NCBI GenBank assembly: GCA_026770705.1
Contig: JANJGN010000001.1
Location: 122,264,001 to 122,328,000, forward strand
From: Isurus oxyrinchus
Taxonomy: Eukaryota
Reading direction: 5' to 3'
Length of the DNA stretch: 64,000 nt
Below are positions 1-12,609 of this stretch, in pieces; the first letter of the stretch is position 1; each line of letters starts with the position of its first letter. The notes below the pieces were generated by a model. The model did no database searches. It saw nothing but the letters and a program-made list of their open reading frames with translations, and was not told where the DNA came from. The position numbers were made by a program, and so were the translations under genes.

Positions 1-885
1 TTTCACCTCTGTAACATCACTCGATTTCACCCGTCAGCCCAGGCATACCGGGTTGAATGGCTCCTGTGTGTAACAATTCCATGATTCCTGTCCCACCCCC
101 CTCAACCAGCATATATTTCATCTCATTTCTGTTTTTCCTTAGTTCTGATAAAGAGTCTTACGGACTCAAAACGTAAACTGTATTTCTCTCCACAGATGCA
201 GTCAGACCTGCTGCATTTTTCCAGCTATTTTTGTTTGTGTTTCAGATTTCCAGCATCTGCAGTATTTTGCTTTTACCCCATGGTTCTGTCTCAGTCCATC
301 TGCTACTGAAACCTTCATCCATGCCTTCATTACCCCTAGATTCAACCAATCCAACGCATTCCTGGCTGGTGTCCCATATTCTACCCTCTGTAAACTTGAG
401 ATCATCCAAAACTCTGCTGCCCATGTCTTAACTTACAGCGAGTCGCTGTCCCCTGTGCTTGCTAACCGACATTGGCTCCTGACCAAACAACATCCTGATT
501 TTAAATTCTCGTCATTGTTTTCAAATACCTCTGTGGCCTTGCCTCTCCCTATCTCTGTAATCGCCTCCAATCCCACAGAAAGATATCTGCGCCTCTCTAA
601 TTCTGGCCTCTTGTGCATTACCAATCATACCTGCTCCACCATTGGTGGCCATGCCTTCAGTTGCCTAGGCCTCAAGCTCTGGAATTCCCTCCTTACACTT
701 CTCCGCCTCTCTACCTTGCTTTCCTCCTTTAACAAGCTTCTTAAAACCTACCTCTTTGACCAAGCTTTTGGTTATCTATCCTAATATCTGCTTATGTGTC
801 TCAGTGTCATACTTTGTTTTATAATGCTCCAATGAAGCACCTTGGGATAGTTCATTGTGTTAAAGGTGCTATATAAATATAAATC
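1..885 (+). mobile_element. Decayed L2-type LINE 3' end, interrupted at about 45-275
   Basis: Remnants of L2 RT C-terminus (HWL..., GGHAFSCLGLKLWNSL, LLKTYLFDQAF) and an L2-type tail gcaccttgggat...aaaggtgctatataaat. Confidence 0.7.
90..275 (+). mobile_element. Penelope-like terminal-repeat fragment with degenerate hammerhead-like motif (141-179)
   Basis: agtt-ctgataa-a-gagtc ttacg gactc-aaaa-cgta-aact followed by the shared tail ttcagatttccagcatctgcagtattttgctttt. Confidence 0.65.
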
Positions 886-1203
886 AGATAATCATCCAAC
901 TACTTTTTGAAAACTGATTGAATCTGCCTCCAGCGCACTCAAGCTGTGCATTCCAGATCCTAACCGCTCGCTGTTTTTCATCAGGTCAGCTTTTGTTCTT
1001 TTGGCCAATCACCTTAAATCGGCTTCCTCTGGTTCTCACTCTTTCTACTGATGGAAACAGTTTCTCTCTATTTATTCTGTGCAGAACCCTCATGATTTTG
1101 GTCATTTTTAAATCTCTCCCTCAACCTTCTCTAAAGAGAACAACCCCAGCTTCTCCAATCAATCCTCATAAGTGAAGTCCCTCATCCCCGGTACCATTCT
1201 TAT
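886..1203 (-). mobile_element. CR1-type LINE 3' fragment
   Basis: Similar to other CR1 3' ends in the window (agaacaaccccagcttctccaa). Confidence 0.6.
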
Positions 1204-2811
1204 AAAGAAAAGGAAACAAAATGGAGCAGAGATTATAGTCTGAAATTGTTGAACTCAGTGAGGAGTCGGGAAGGCTGTAAAGTGCCAAATTGAAAGATGA
1301 GTTGCTGTTCTTTGAAGGACTGAAAAGCGCAAAAGACCAAAGCAACAAATGACAGTATCACAATTATCATAATTTTTTATTGCACTTTCCTCCTTGAAAA
1401 TGCACATTCTGGAATCCTATCTGATAAGGAGTTCAGCCAGGATGGGGCTACTTGATGCAATAATAGCAGAAAAAAAATTACATTTTGGGCAATCCTCAAT
1501 CACAATTAAAATAAAAATAGAAATTATGCAAAACAATTATGAATCAATATTTTATTGCAAATACTAAAGCAAATAATATTTTAGAAGAGCAGAAAAGGAT
1601 AGAGATCAGTCTGCAGGATATTGTTAGCAAACAAATAGTTTGTACAGATAAAAGAGGTTCAGTTAGGTGGATGTTGCATTATCTCAAGATAGTGGGTTCG
1701 GTAACAAATGCTGTACTTGCAACTTGCTGTAATACTCAAAATCTTGGTTCCTGAACCCTTAAGTGTAATGCCTGGCTCACCCGTCATTAATGAAATCATA
1801 ACTGTCAACATATTGAGCAACTTGTGTTGAGGATTGCTGCTGTTATTGGTTAACTGTAGAAATAGCATTCTCCACCTCCATGGCCATTATTACCAACAGA
1901 GCTGTTTGGATTGGGTTATACAAATGGGAGGCAGAATACAAGCAGCAGCAAAGACTGGCTAAGCAATTCTAATGCTTTGTACCCCGTACCTAGAATGCAT
2001 ACATTTTCTTGAGGTGGATGTCTTCTCTCAGAGTTAATCCCAAGATTAAATGCTGTCTAAAATAGGAAGGTCTTCAAACACACTCATGCATAACCTACAA
2101 ATCTATCTTTATATCTTCACTGCATAACATCCTAGGGATTTTCCTGTCTCTAGTTACTGAGCTCTTGTAGTCTCAGCCATTAGTTAGGACAGTCATATAA
2201 TTTAGAGTAACATATCTTGATTTTACTTCTCAATGTACATATGGTTTTAAAAGGATAGTTCATGACCCAATTGGATTCTGTAGCAAAACAGCAAGTTCGG
2301 ACCACGCAAGTGCCTTATTTCCAATCATATCAGTTTTTGAAACATACTTGAAATAAACCAGTTGGTTTTCTATGTACTTATGGGTGAAATGCTAAATACC
2401 GATTAGTAAATAATTTACAATACATTTATCATCTTGTAATGGAGGTTGCTTAACATTGAACTTCAAGAAAAAAATCCTAAACTCTAAACTGATTTAGGAA
2501 AGGAAAATGTTGCAGTAACAATTTTACACCACTTGATGTTGCTAACACACAAAATATCAACAACTCTTGGAATGAAACTTGACAGCTGCATATTTTGTAT
2601 AGTAAATTACTTCAGAGACTTGACACTGGCACAATAGACAGCACTTCATTGTTTTATTTGTTTTGGTGCTAATTGCATCTGTCTTTTTTTTAAAATGCTA
2701 TCCGCACCACCCAGTGAAATCTTTCTATTTTAAACTGTACTTGGTTCAAAGGACAGACATGACACTTGCTCCCAAGCAGTCAATATTGTGCTTTCACATG
2801 CTTCTTGATTA

Positions 2812-3378
2812 CAGGGCACAATTTCAAAATTTGTGGATGATGCAAAACTTGGAAGTACCATGAACCTTGAGGAGAGTAGTGTAGAACTTCAAAAGGCTAT
2901 AGACGGGCTGGTGCAATTGACAGACAAGAGGCAGATGAAATTTAATGCAGAAAAGTGTGAAGGGATTCATTTTGGTAGAACGAGTGCAGAGACACAATAC
3001 AAAATAAAGAATACAATTTTAAAGGCGCTACATTAACAGAGGGACCTGGGTGTATATGTATTAAGTCATTAAAGGTGGCAGGCCAGGTTGAGAGAGCAGT
3101 TAAGAAAGCATACAACATTCTGAGTTGTATCAAAAGGGACATAGAGGACAAAAGCAAAGGAGATATGTTAAACCTGTATAAAACACTGGTTTAGCCTCAA
3201 CTGGAGTATTGTGTCCAGTTCTGGGCACCACACTTTAAGAAGGATTTGAAGGCATTAGACAGGCTGCTGTAAAGATTCAAGAGAATGGTTGCAGGGTGAA
3301 TTGCTCCTTCAGAGTGCCTGCACAGACAGGATGGGCTGAATGGCCTCCTTCTGTGCTGTAACCATTCTGTGATTCTAT
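2812..3378 (+). mobile_element. CR1 (HER1-like) LINE 3' fragment with internal deletion
   Basis: RT remnants (DDAKLG, QMKFNAEKC, LEYCVQFW) and tail gggctgaatggcctccttctgtgctgtaaccattctgtgattcta. Confidence 0.85.
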
Positions 3379-3746
3379 AGGACATCAGACTGTACACAGT
3401 AAATTTCCATGTTGCATGTACCTAGCTGACCTCTGCAAATAATCATGTGGCAAATGGTCAGTAAAGAATCGTATCCTAGTCTCTGAGTTCCACCTCATGG
3501 TCTAACACCATAAATCTCAAATGTGTAATTTCAATAAAAAACAAATAATTGGTACAGATTATTGTCCTTTCACTTTGGATAGGCAGCTACCACCTGTGCC
3601 ATTTTATTGTATTATAAAATATTGCTTTGTAGCTTTCAAGCTCACTGGCACTTTTTCAATCCTTCACTGTTTGTTTACCATGTAACCTTAACGAATAATC
3701 CACCTCGTTTGGATGTTGCTAATTAAGCGCTCTACAAATGGAAACA

Positions 3747-3887
3747 TGAGCTTGGCCTAAATAGCCAAGTGGTTATGGTACTGGGTTTGTAACCCCAAGA
3801 TCAAGAGTTCAAATCTCACAGTGGCAAGCTATGAAACAATGTAACTTCATCTGAAACAGATGGAAACGGGTTTGTACTCGAAAGATT
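3747..3887 (+). mobile_element. tRNA-derived short retro-insert (SINE-like, TGT anticodon loop) with 14-bp TSD
   Basis: A box TAGCCAAGTGG, loop tt-TGT-aa, B box GTTCAAATC. Direct repeat tacaaatggaaaca at 3733-3746 and 3888-3901. Confidence 0.75.
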
Positions 3888-3974
3888 TACAAATGGAAAC
3901 ACCATGCTACAAATGAATGCCATCTAATGGAATGACTCCAACCTATCTTCATAACCATGACCAACTTTTGTCAT

Positions 3975-4110
3975 AAAAGCAAAATACTGCAGATGCTGGA
4001 AATCTGAAACAAAAACAGAAAATGCTGGAAAAACTCAGCAGGTCTAGCAGCACCTGTGGAGTGAAAAAAAAAGTTAATGTTTCGAGTCCTTATGACTCTT
4101 CTTCAGAGCT
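3975..4110 (-). mobile_element. Short Penelope-like insert with hammerhead-like core
   Basis: Minus strand agct-CTGAAGA-a-GAGTC ataag GACTC-GAAA-ca-tt-aact. Imperfect TSD tttgtcat/tttatcat. Confidence 0.7.
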
Positions 4111-4396
4111 TTATCATGTCAGCAGAGGAAACATAGTCATGGGTATTTCACAAACAAAATGTAGATGGATGACTGAGGCATCTGAAGATTCAATTAGTGT
4201 GGTTTTCAACCTAGAAAAGAGAAAGAGATAACTTAGGGAATTCACAGTGGAGGGCACAAAGGAGGTGACAGACTGGTAGGGAACCAGGAATGAGATTACA
4301 AAAAAAGAATGGCACTGCAGAGGTTCAAAGAAGAATGATGATGGGATGGGTATGAGCGAGGTAAGAGAAGGGATAAAGATGGGATCAGAAAAACTA

Positions 4397-4815
4397 GGGC
4401 CACGATACTCGCTGGGGTGAATAGTGTAAAAAAGGTTGTGTGTGTGGGGGGGTGGTTGGCAGGGGTTTGTGGGTTGGTGGAGAGGGGAGTGTGTCTGATG
4501 GCAGGGAAGAAGATAGATTCAGTGAGCTGTGGGGAAGCACTCCTGCTCCAAGAGCAGTGCTGAATAAACGCTTAAGTTTTCCCAGTTGCTGTCCTCTGAG
4601 GCTTGAGAAATCCAGCCAGCCAAGGTTAAACTTGTAAGAGGTAAAATATGAGGCTCCCAATATATTTAAATGGCCAACCCTGTGTCTTGTGAGCACGTTG
4701 GCTGCCTGCCCCTACCCACTCCCACATCTCACCTCCGTTAAATCCAGAAATGGTGTTTTACAGGATTTTTTTTACATCGCTCTTCCCATCTGTTTTTGGC
4801 ACTAAAAGTTATCCC
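4397..4815. mobile_element. Old non-autonomous DNA transposon (probable Harbinger-type MITE)
   Basis: GGG...CCC ends flanked by CTA/CTA. Inner TIR similarity is weak. Confidence 0.35.
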
Positions 4816-5048
4816 CTAAATGAAGATGTCATGACTCTCAAGGAAGAATGAGGCCCCCATCCTGTGGGAATGAGAATAAATTGTTGACATCCTTAGTAAG
4901 GGCCCAGTTGGCATGAGTGTTCATAAGTAGAGAACCTAAAGCCCACACAGTATTCAAGCACAAGCAATAGCTGGTCTCCCAAGTCAATAGAAAACAGTGA
5001 CTGTTTATACTTATACAATTTAAATATATTATTTGAAACACAGACCAA

Positions 5049-5736
5049 GGCCAGAATTCTTACCTTGATGGATGTGCGGACCCCACCGGCTCGGCAGTGG
5101 GTGGGCAGTCGAACTCCGCTGCCGACATGGGGCCCACCGCCGTTTTGAGTGGGCGGGCCAATTAAGGCCTGCCCAGTGGCCTACCCGACAGGAAGCTTGC
5201 GCTTCCTGTGCAGGGGGGGAGCAGAGGGATTCCCCATATGTCAAAGTGCGCTCTTTTGCACATGTGCACGAAAGAGCGCATTGCTCCCTGAAACTAAGTG
5301 GTGTCTCAGGGAGATCACTGACAGTGTAAAAAACAATAAAAATATAAAAATTATTAACATGTCCCCCTCATGTGACAATGTCACACGAGATGGGACATGT
5401 TAATAAAATGGACATAAACTTTATTAAACTTTTTAAAAACAGACATGAAACCTCATCCAGCCAGTGGATGAGGTTTCATGTATTATCAGGAGCCTGCTGG
5501 GGCTCCTGGCCTGCCCGCCAGCCTTAAGGTTGGACAGGCAGGGTCTTTAATGATCTTAATTAGCCTGTCAATGGCCTTAATTGACCATTGACAGGTCGGT
5601 GGGCGGACAGTTGTTTTCGCTGTCCACCCACCTCAATATTTAAATGGACCAGGATAACGTCGGGGATTCCTCCCAACATCATTTTCCCGTCAGCGAGCGG
5701 GCCCACCACCAAATCGCCAACGGGAAAATTCTAGCC
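5049..5736. mobile_element. PIF/Harbinger-type MITE, family A
   Basis: TIR ggccagaattct / aaaattctagcc, 3-bp TSD CAA. Internal palindromes shared with the copies at 19360 and 26823. Confidence 0.8.
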
Positions 5737-7764
5737 CAAGTGGATTACTGAGAATTATTTATTTGTCTAATTGTTGTATTTATAAAATACTGTGTTGAAA
5801 TCTGGCTCTGTTGTTATTCCTAATCTTTCTAGATGTTATTTTTATTGTAGTGGTCTTAAGATATTGAGTTATTTTGGCTATAGGGTGAAAATGGGTGCTA
5901 AATGCATACAGTGCTAATTATTAAGACTAGCCTGTTTCCAAGTTCAGATTTAGCACACACTTTCAGTCATAATTGCTGATTTCCATAGCTTGAGCTAGAG
6001 GTGCTAAACAGACACCTGCAGGTTTAGCAGTATATGTGGTTTCCTCCCATGGACTTCCATTAAAGTTGTGATGTTCTTTGGCGGCACATCATAGGATGGC
6101 TCAGGGATTGAGGGTGTAGGCACATAGGCTCTGGAATGCAGCTCTGGAAATCTTGGTGGAGGAGATCCTGTATCCGCAGAGGAGATGGATACCACTTGTT
6201 CCCCTATTCCTCCCTCCTGCAGGATCTGAGGCCTCATGCCCTCCTCCCACTTCTGATCCAAAAGGGACCCCCGAGCAAGATGCCAGTGGCTAAGCACTCT
6301 CTTTCTCATTCCTAAGAATGATCCTGCAATGTTGGAAATTGAGGAGCTGCATTATATTTTAACCAGATCATTTATGAAAGGTGAATTATTTTAAGCACCA
6401 TATACGTGAGCAAAGCAGTTTCTACTTAAATTTCTGATTCTTAAGTTGCTTCAGTTAAGGCAGGGCCTCTTTTTTTTCAAAAGAGAGGCATTGCAACAAG
6501 CCAATCTGCAAAGATAAATTTGAGATAATCCATTTTGGTATAATTAATACCTGGACATAGGTCAACCACTATCCATACATTTCTATGATAAAGAAAAGTG
6601 AGGCAGTTCCTTTGATTTACACACAAAGAAAAATCTATTTAAAATAAGCTAATTTCATTTGGCTTAACAATTCACAAGATCAGCTGCTATATCTCAGCTT
6701 GGGAGCAGAGTGTAATTTTTCCTCAATGTTTGGACTGGCTCAGGAGCTTTGTTGTCAAAAAAGTCGAGAAATGCTAGAGAAAAGGAATTTTTTGCTCCAA
6801 ATACTCCAATTGCCCACTAAACATCACATTCAGAAACATTTTGACTTTAAAAAGAAAGTCTTTATTCGATTCTTTCCTCATCTAGCCCATTCAAGTCAAC
6901 TTACTGACAGAGAGGAGCTGCATTCATTTTAACAGGAGTCAGAATCACTCATCAGACATGGAGCTACCAGACTTTGGGGCAACACACTACTGATAAAGTA
7001 TCCTGTATATCTAGCCTGTAGGATTTTGTGGCCCAGATTTGCCAACATTATTTAGAAAGATGGAAAAGTGTCATCATCAGCAGTATTTGGTCCTTGGCAA
7101 GTACAATCATATTCTACTTCAGCAAAGAAGGAGCATCAAGTTATGAGGCATTGTGCACATTCTGAATGTGGTTTCTTCATTAGGCTGCACAGAGCAACGA
7201 TTCCAGGGTCAGGAATCTGGCCAGGTAATGGCAAAATCTTAGTAAATCTCAACAGCACCTAAAAAAATCATTATCTTTCATGGTCTTTCAACAGTTCAGT
7301 GTTCTTGCACATACAAATCTTTTCATCCAAATGGAAAGTTACACTCTTCCAAGGATCTGAAAACGCAACTGAGTTTATGCGTTACAAATACTTTCTCACG
7401 ATTATGGTGCCAAGATTTTCCACATTGCTTCCTACCTTTACCTACAAGATTCTTCCTACTTGAATCCTACTAAAGGGGTTCTAAAGAAAATATAGATGTA
7501 TTTATTAGCACAGGCAGTTTTTTAAAAAAGAAATATTCCAACTAGACCCATCTGGTAACAGGAAATCAACATCCCTCCATATTTATTAATTCATGATTTC
7601 TGATGGGAATGGGATCAATTAACATGCAGGTTTTCCAATAAGTACTCACTTAAAGTTCTTCAATTTTAAAACCCTAACTACAAATGGGGAGATTCAATTT
7701 CTACCAATCCACCCGGTCAACTGATAACTTCTCAACAACGTACTTTGGGGGCTTTCATGAAAGA

Positions 7765-8893
7765 GCATAAGAACATAAGAAATAGGAGCAGAAAGTAGGC
7801 CATTTGGCCCCTCAAGCCTGCCCCACCATTCAATAAGACTTTGGCTGATCTGCCCCAGGCCTAATTCTTCTTTCGTGCTGGCTCCTCATAGGTGTCAAAT
7901 CCCCAATATTTCAAAAATCTTTCTACCTCCTCTTAAATACTTTGTGATCTAGCCTCCACAACCCTCAAGAGAACTCCAGACACTCACTACCCTCAGAGAA
8001 GAAATTCCTTCACATCTCAGTTTTAAATGAGTATCCCCTTATTCTGTAACAATGTCCCCTAATTCGAGATTCCTCCATGAAGGGAAACATCTTCTCAACA
8101 TCTACCCCGTCAAGCCCCTTCAGAATCTTGTAGGTTTCAATAGGATCACCCCTCGTTCTTCTAAACTGCAATGAATAAAGGCCTAAACTGTTTAGCCTTT
8201 CTTGATAAGTCAACCCCTACATCCCAGGAATCAGCCTAGTGAATCTCTTTCGAACTGCCTCCAATGCCAGTATATACGGGGACCAAAACTGTAGACATTA
8301 CTCCAGGTGCGGCCTCACCAACACCCTGTACAGTTGTAACAAGACTTCCCTATTTTTAAACTCCAACCCTCCAGCAATACAGGCCAAAATTCCATTTGCC
8401 TTCTTAATTACTTTCTGCACCTGCATGCTGCACTTTTTTGGAGTCTCTCTCCATTAAAATAATAGTCTGCCTTTTGATTCTTCGGACCAAAGTGCATGAC
8501 CTCTCACTATCCTACATAAAACTCCATTTACCAAGTTTTTTCCCACTCACTCAACCTATCTATATCCCTTTGCAGATTCCTCATGTCCTCAACACAACAT
8601 GCCTTCCCACCTATTTTTGTATCATCAGCAAATGTGGATGCATGACATCCTGACCCCTCCTCCAAGTCATTATGATAGACAGTAAATAATTGAGGCCCGA
8701 GGACCGATTCTTGTGGCACTCCACTAGTTACATCTTTCCAACCTGAAAAACACCCATTAATCCCGACTCTCTGTCTTCTTTGTGTTAACCAATCCTCAAT
8801 CTATGCTAATACATTACCCCCAATACCAAGAGCTCCTATCATGTACGATAACCTTTTATGTGGCATCTTATGGAATCAAATGCCTTCTGGAAA
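7765..8893 (-). mobile_element. CR1 LINE 3' portion (decayed RT)
   Basis: ORF remnants PQESVLGPQLF...FADDTKIGG and LGLYSLQFRRTRGD; (cataagaa)n tail. Confidence 0.9.
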
Positions 8894-9984
8894 GGATTGA
8901 GAAGCTGCCACACTGCAGTGTCAGACTTTTAAGACAAAAGTTCTGATGGTGTTTCAACAGACACTCATTCATTCTGCTTCAAATTTCAGAGGCACATTGA
9001 AGATCACAAGAACAGAGGTTCTTCAGCCTATTTGATCTCATCCTTCTAGATCTGTCTCGTCATTTTCACAGAGCAGTATCCAGTTGATTTCACAAAGGAT
9101 TCTTGCAACCTTCTGAGAGAAACTTTTAATCTCCTTAGCTTGCACTGGGATATCAAGGTCTCAAAAGTGTGTCATGACCACAGCATTATATGTAATGCTT
9201 TGTAATATATTTATAATTTTAATCAATACACAAATCTGGCAGTTTTTATTATTTCAATAGGATTATATCATTTTAACAAGACCAAAAATAAATATTCAAT
9301 AAATTCTGCTCCATTTTTCTAACTTCCAACACATTTCACCCTGTAGTATTAAGGACTAACTAGTGACAAAATTCTAAAACTCCAGTATTAACCTCCTCAC
9401 TCCCGCCACCCAGCAGGAGTACTATAAAACTAAAGATCATAATTTTTTGGGGGGAGGGGAGAAAAAACTATCTCCAAGCTCCAATCTGCTGACTTCCCAT
9501 ACATTTTAAATTTTATAACTCAACTCAGGCCATTGATAAGGCTTTCATAAAAGACAGAGGCCTAATTAACATTCAAACGTTGCTGCCCTACAACATAATT
9601 TAGTGCCACAATGTAAAGTTCAACTATACATCATAAGGCCTGCTCTGATGGTTGCCCAACAGCAAATCCAAGATGGGAGGTACAAACCGTTTTAAGTATT
9701 GGAGATCAATTCCTTATAGAACCCTTTGTGAGCCGAGAGGCCTTGAGCCCCTGCAGCCCCAATCATGGTCTTGGTCTTTTGGCAGGACCTTGAAGTCCCT
9801 GGACTTGCCATGTTCTCTGTCCACTTCCAGGCTCCTCTGCATCCTTCCTGTTTCCCCATTAACATTCGGGTCTAAATCTTTTCAACAGATATGATGTTAC
9901 CAGTTTAACTGTTTTTAATGGTATAGGCAAAGCATTTGATGCTTCTGGCTAAATATCAGAGGAGTATTCTATACATATTCTGTA

Positions 9985-11520
9985 AAAGTTCCATCAGACT
10001 GGAAAGTAGCAAATATAACCCATCTATTCAGAGAGTGAGGCAGAAAACAGGAAACTATAGGCTTGACGTCAGTCGTGGAGAAGATGTTAGAATCGATCAT
10101 TGAGGAGACTTTGAGAAATCAAGGTAATCGGGAAGAGTCAGCATGGCATTCTGAAAGGGAAATCATGTCTAACCCATTTATTGGAATTCTTTGAAGGAGT
10201 AAAATGCACTGCGGATAAAGGGGAGCCTGTAGACATACTGTTCTTGGATTTCCAGAAGGCATTTGGTAAGGTGCCACATCAAAGGTCATTGCAGAACATA
10301 AAAACTTATGGTGTCGGGGTAACATTAGCATGGATAGCAGATTGGCTGGCAGAAAACAGAGTATGCATAAATGGGTCTTTTTCTGATTGGCAGGATGTGA
10401 CGAATGGGGTACTGCAGGGGTCTGTGCTGGGACCTCACCTTTTTACAATTTATACCAATGACTTAGATGAGAGGAGCGAAGGCATGGTAGCTAAATTTGC
10501 AAATGACACAAGATGAGTAGGAAAGTATGTTGTGATGATGTCATAAGGAAATTGCAGGACAGATATAGATAGGTTGAGAGAGTGGGCAAAAAACTGGCAG
10601 ATGGAGTATAATGAGGGAAAATGCAAAGTTGTTCACTTTGGCAGGAAGAATAAAAAAGCAAAGTATGACTGAAACAGAGAACAGCTGCAGAATTCTGAGG
10701 TGCAGAGACATCTAGATGTTCTAGTGCATGAATCACAAAGTTACTATGCAGGTACACCCGGTAATCAAAAAGGCTAATGTGATGCTATCCTTTATTCTGA
10801 GAGGAATTATACATAAAATAAGGATAAACAAAAACAGAATTACCTGGAAAAACTCAGCAGGTCTGGCAGCATCGGCGGAGAAGAAAAGAGTTGACGTTTC
10901 GAGTCCTCATGACCCTTAAGATGTTATGCTTCAATTATACAGGGCATTGGTGAGACCGCCATCTTGAAAATTGTGCCCGGTTTGGGTCTCCTTTTTCAAG
11001 GAAGGATGTAAAAGCATTGGAGACAGTTCAGAGGAAGTTTACTAGATTGATACCTTAAATGAGCGGATTGTCTTACATGGAATGGTTACACAGACTGGGC
11101 TCGTTTCCACTGGAGTTTAGAAGAGTGAGGGGTGACTTGCTTTAAGTATATAAGATCCTGAACGGTATCGACAAGGTGGACGTGATGTGGAAAGGATGTT
11201 TCCTCTCGTGGGGGAGTCCAGAACAAGGTGCACTGTATAAAAATTAGGGGTTGCCCTTATAGAACAGAGATGAGAATTTTTTTCTTTGAGAGTTATGGGA
11301 TTTTGGATCTCTCTGCCTCAGATGGCAGGGTCATTGAATATTTCTAAGGTGGGGATAGATAGATTCTTGTTAGACAAGGGAATCAAAGGTTATTAGGAGG
11401 TAGATAAGGATGTGGAATTCAAAACTAACAGATCAATCATGATCTCTTTGAATAGTGGAGCAGGCTCGAGGGGCTGAATGGCTTATTTCTGCTCCAATTT
11501 CATATGTTTGTATGTCTGTA
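9985..11520 (+). mobile_element. CR1 LINE 3' portion (decayed RT), interrupted by a Penelope-type insert
   Basis: LDFQKAFGKVPH, QGSVLGPHLF, KFANDT remnants; CR1-type 3' tail. Confidence 0.9.
10826..10917 (-). mobile_element. Young short Penelope-like insert, identical over about 90 bp to the 59689-59800 insert
   Basis: Direct sequence comparison. Interrupts the CR1 RT. Flanked by taaggat/taagat. Confidence 0.8.
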
Positions 11521-11829
11521 TGTCACATATGTAGCATTGCAAAAACTCATAGCGAAGACCGATGATGCAGTTTCATTCGTGAGGAAGATCTATAATTTGT
11601 CTCATTTTTGAGAGGATTTAAAGTGAAATCCGTGGGCCATTCTAATAAAAATACATTCTAAGCATACATTTTCTCAAAATGTTAGTTTTAGGAAGCTTCG
11701 CAGCAGACTTTAAAGGCAGTAAACAATAAAAGTAATTCTGCAGATATGGATAGTGGTCATTTTGAGTGTAGTACTGGAAATCACTTGTCAGATGATGAGC
11801 GGGATCAATATTGGCTCTGATGCTTTTTC

Positions 11830-12200
11830 TTTTATATTTGTTCAGGGGATGTGAGCATCATTGGCAAACTATAATTTGTTGCCCATCACTAATTGCCTTA
11901 AGCAGATGATGGTGCGATGCCTTCTTAAACTGTTGCAGTCCTTGTGGTGTAGGTACAATCACAGTGCTCTTAGGAAATGAGTCCCAGAATTCTGACCCAG
12001 CAACTGTGAAGGAATGACAATATAGTTTCAAGTCGGGATAGTGTATGGCTTGGAGAGCAACTTGCATGTGGTGGTATTCCCATACACTTGTTGCCCTTGT
12101 TCTTCCAGCTGGTGGAAGTCATGGATTTGGAAGATTCTATCAAAGGAGGCTTGGTGAGTTCCTGCAGTGCATATGATAGGATTGACTCTGCTGACACAGA
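11830..12200 (-). mobile_element. LINE family B (CR1/L2 group) 3' end
   Basis: Shares 3' sequence with 22495-23140 and 24722-26690. Confidence 0.75.
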
Positions 12201-12609
12201 AACAACGGCTATTTTTGAGAAAGACTAGACAAGTGCTGTTATCCATGGAATGGTAACCCATCAAATGTCAGCAATTTTGGCATGAGATGAAAAGTGAGAG
12301 AAATTAGGGAAGAAAATTATAACAGTACTCAATATATCTGGGAATGTTTGTGGCTTAGTTTTAATTCTCAGAAACCAGCGGTTACAGATGTTTGAATTCA
12401 GAGCCTGTCAATATTGTATTGAGAGTGAGTTTTTTTTTAAAACATTAAACACAGATTTGCTTTATGTCCCTTGAGTAAGTCACTGCTCAAAATTATAACT
12501 CAATAGTTGGTTAATATGTGAATGTCCCTGATGTAACAACAATTTTAAAAATGGTATTTAAATGAATATTGTATGAAGAGAGATCAACATTAAAAAAAGA
12601 AAATTACTG

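Noticed and set aside
3755-3830. Functional tRNA-Thr(TGT) gene
   Set aside because: Acceptor and anticodon stems pair poorly, there is no oligo-T terminator, and a TSD flanks it; treated as a SINE-like insert.
5880-6330. 101-aa minus-strand ORF in a GC-richer block
   Set aside because: No recognisable homology; probably decayed transposon sequence.
11786-11825. C box (ATGATGA) and D box (CTGA) suggesting a C/D snoRNA
   Set aside because: Boxes are only about 20 nt apart, too short for a snoRNA, and there is no plus-strand host gene.
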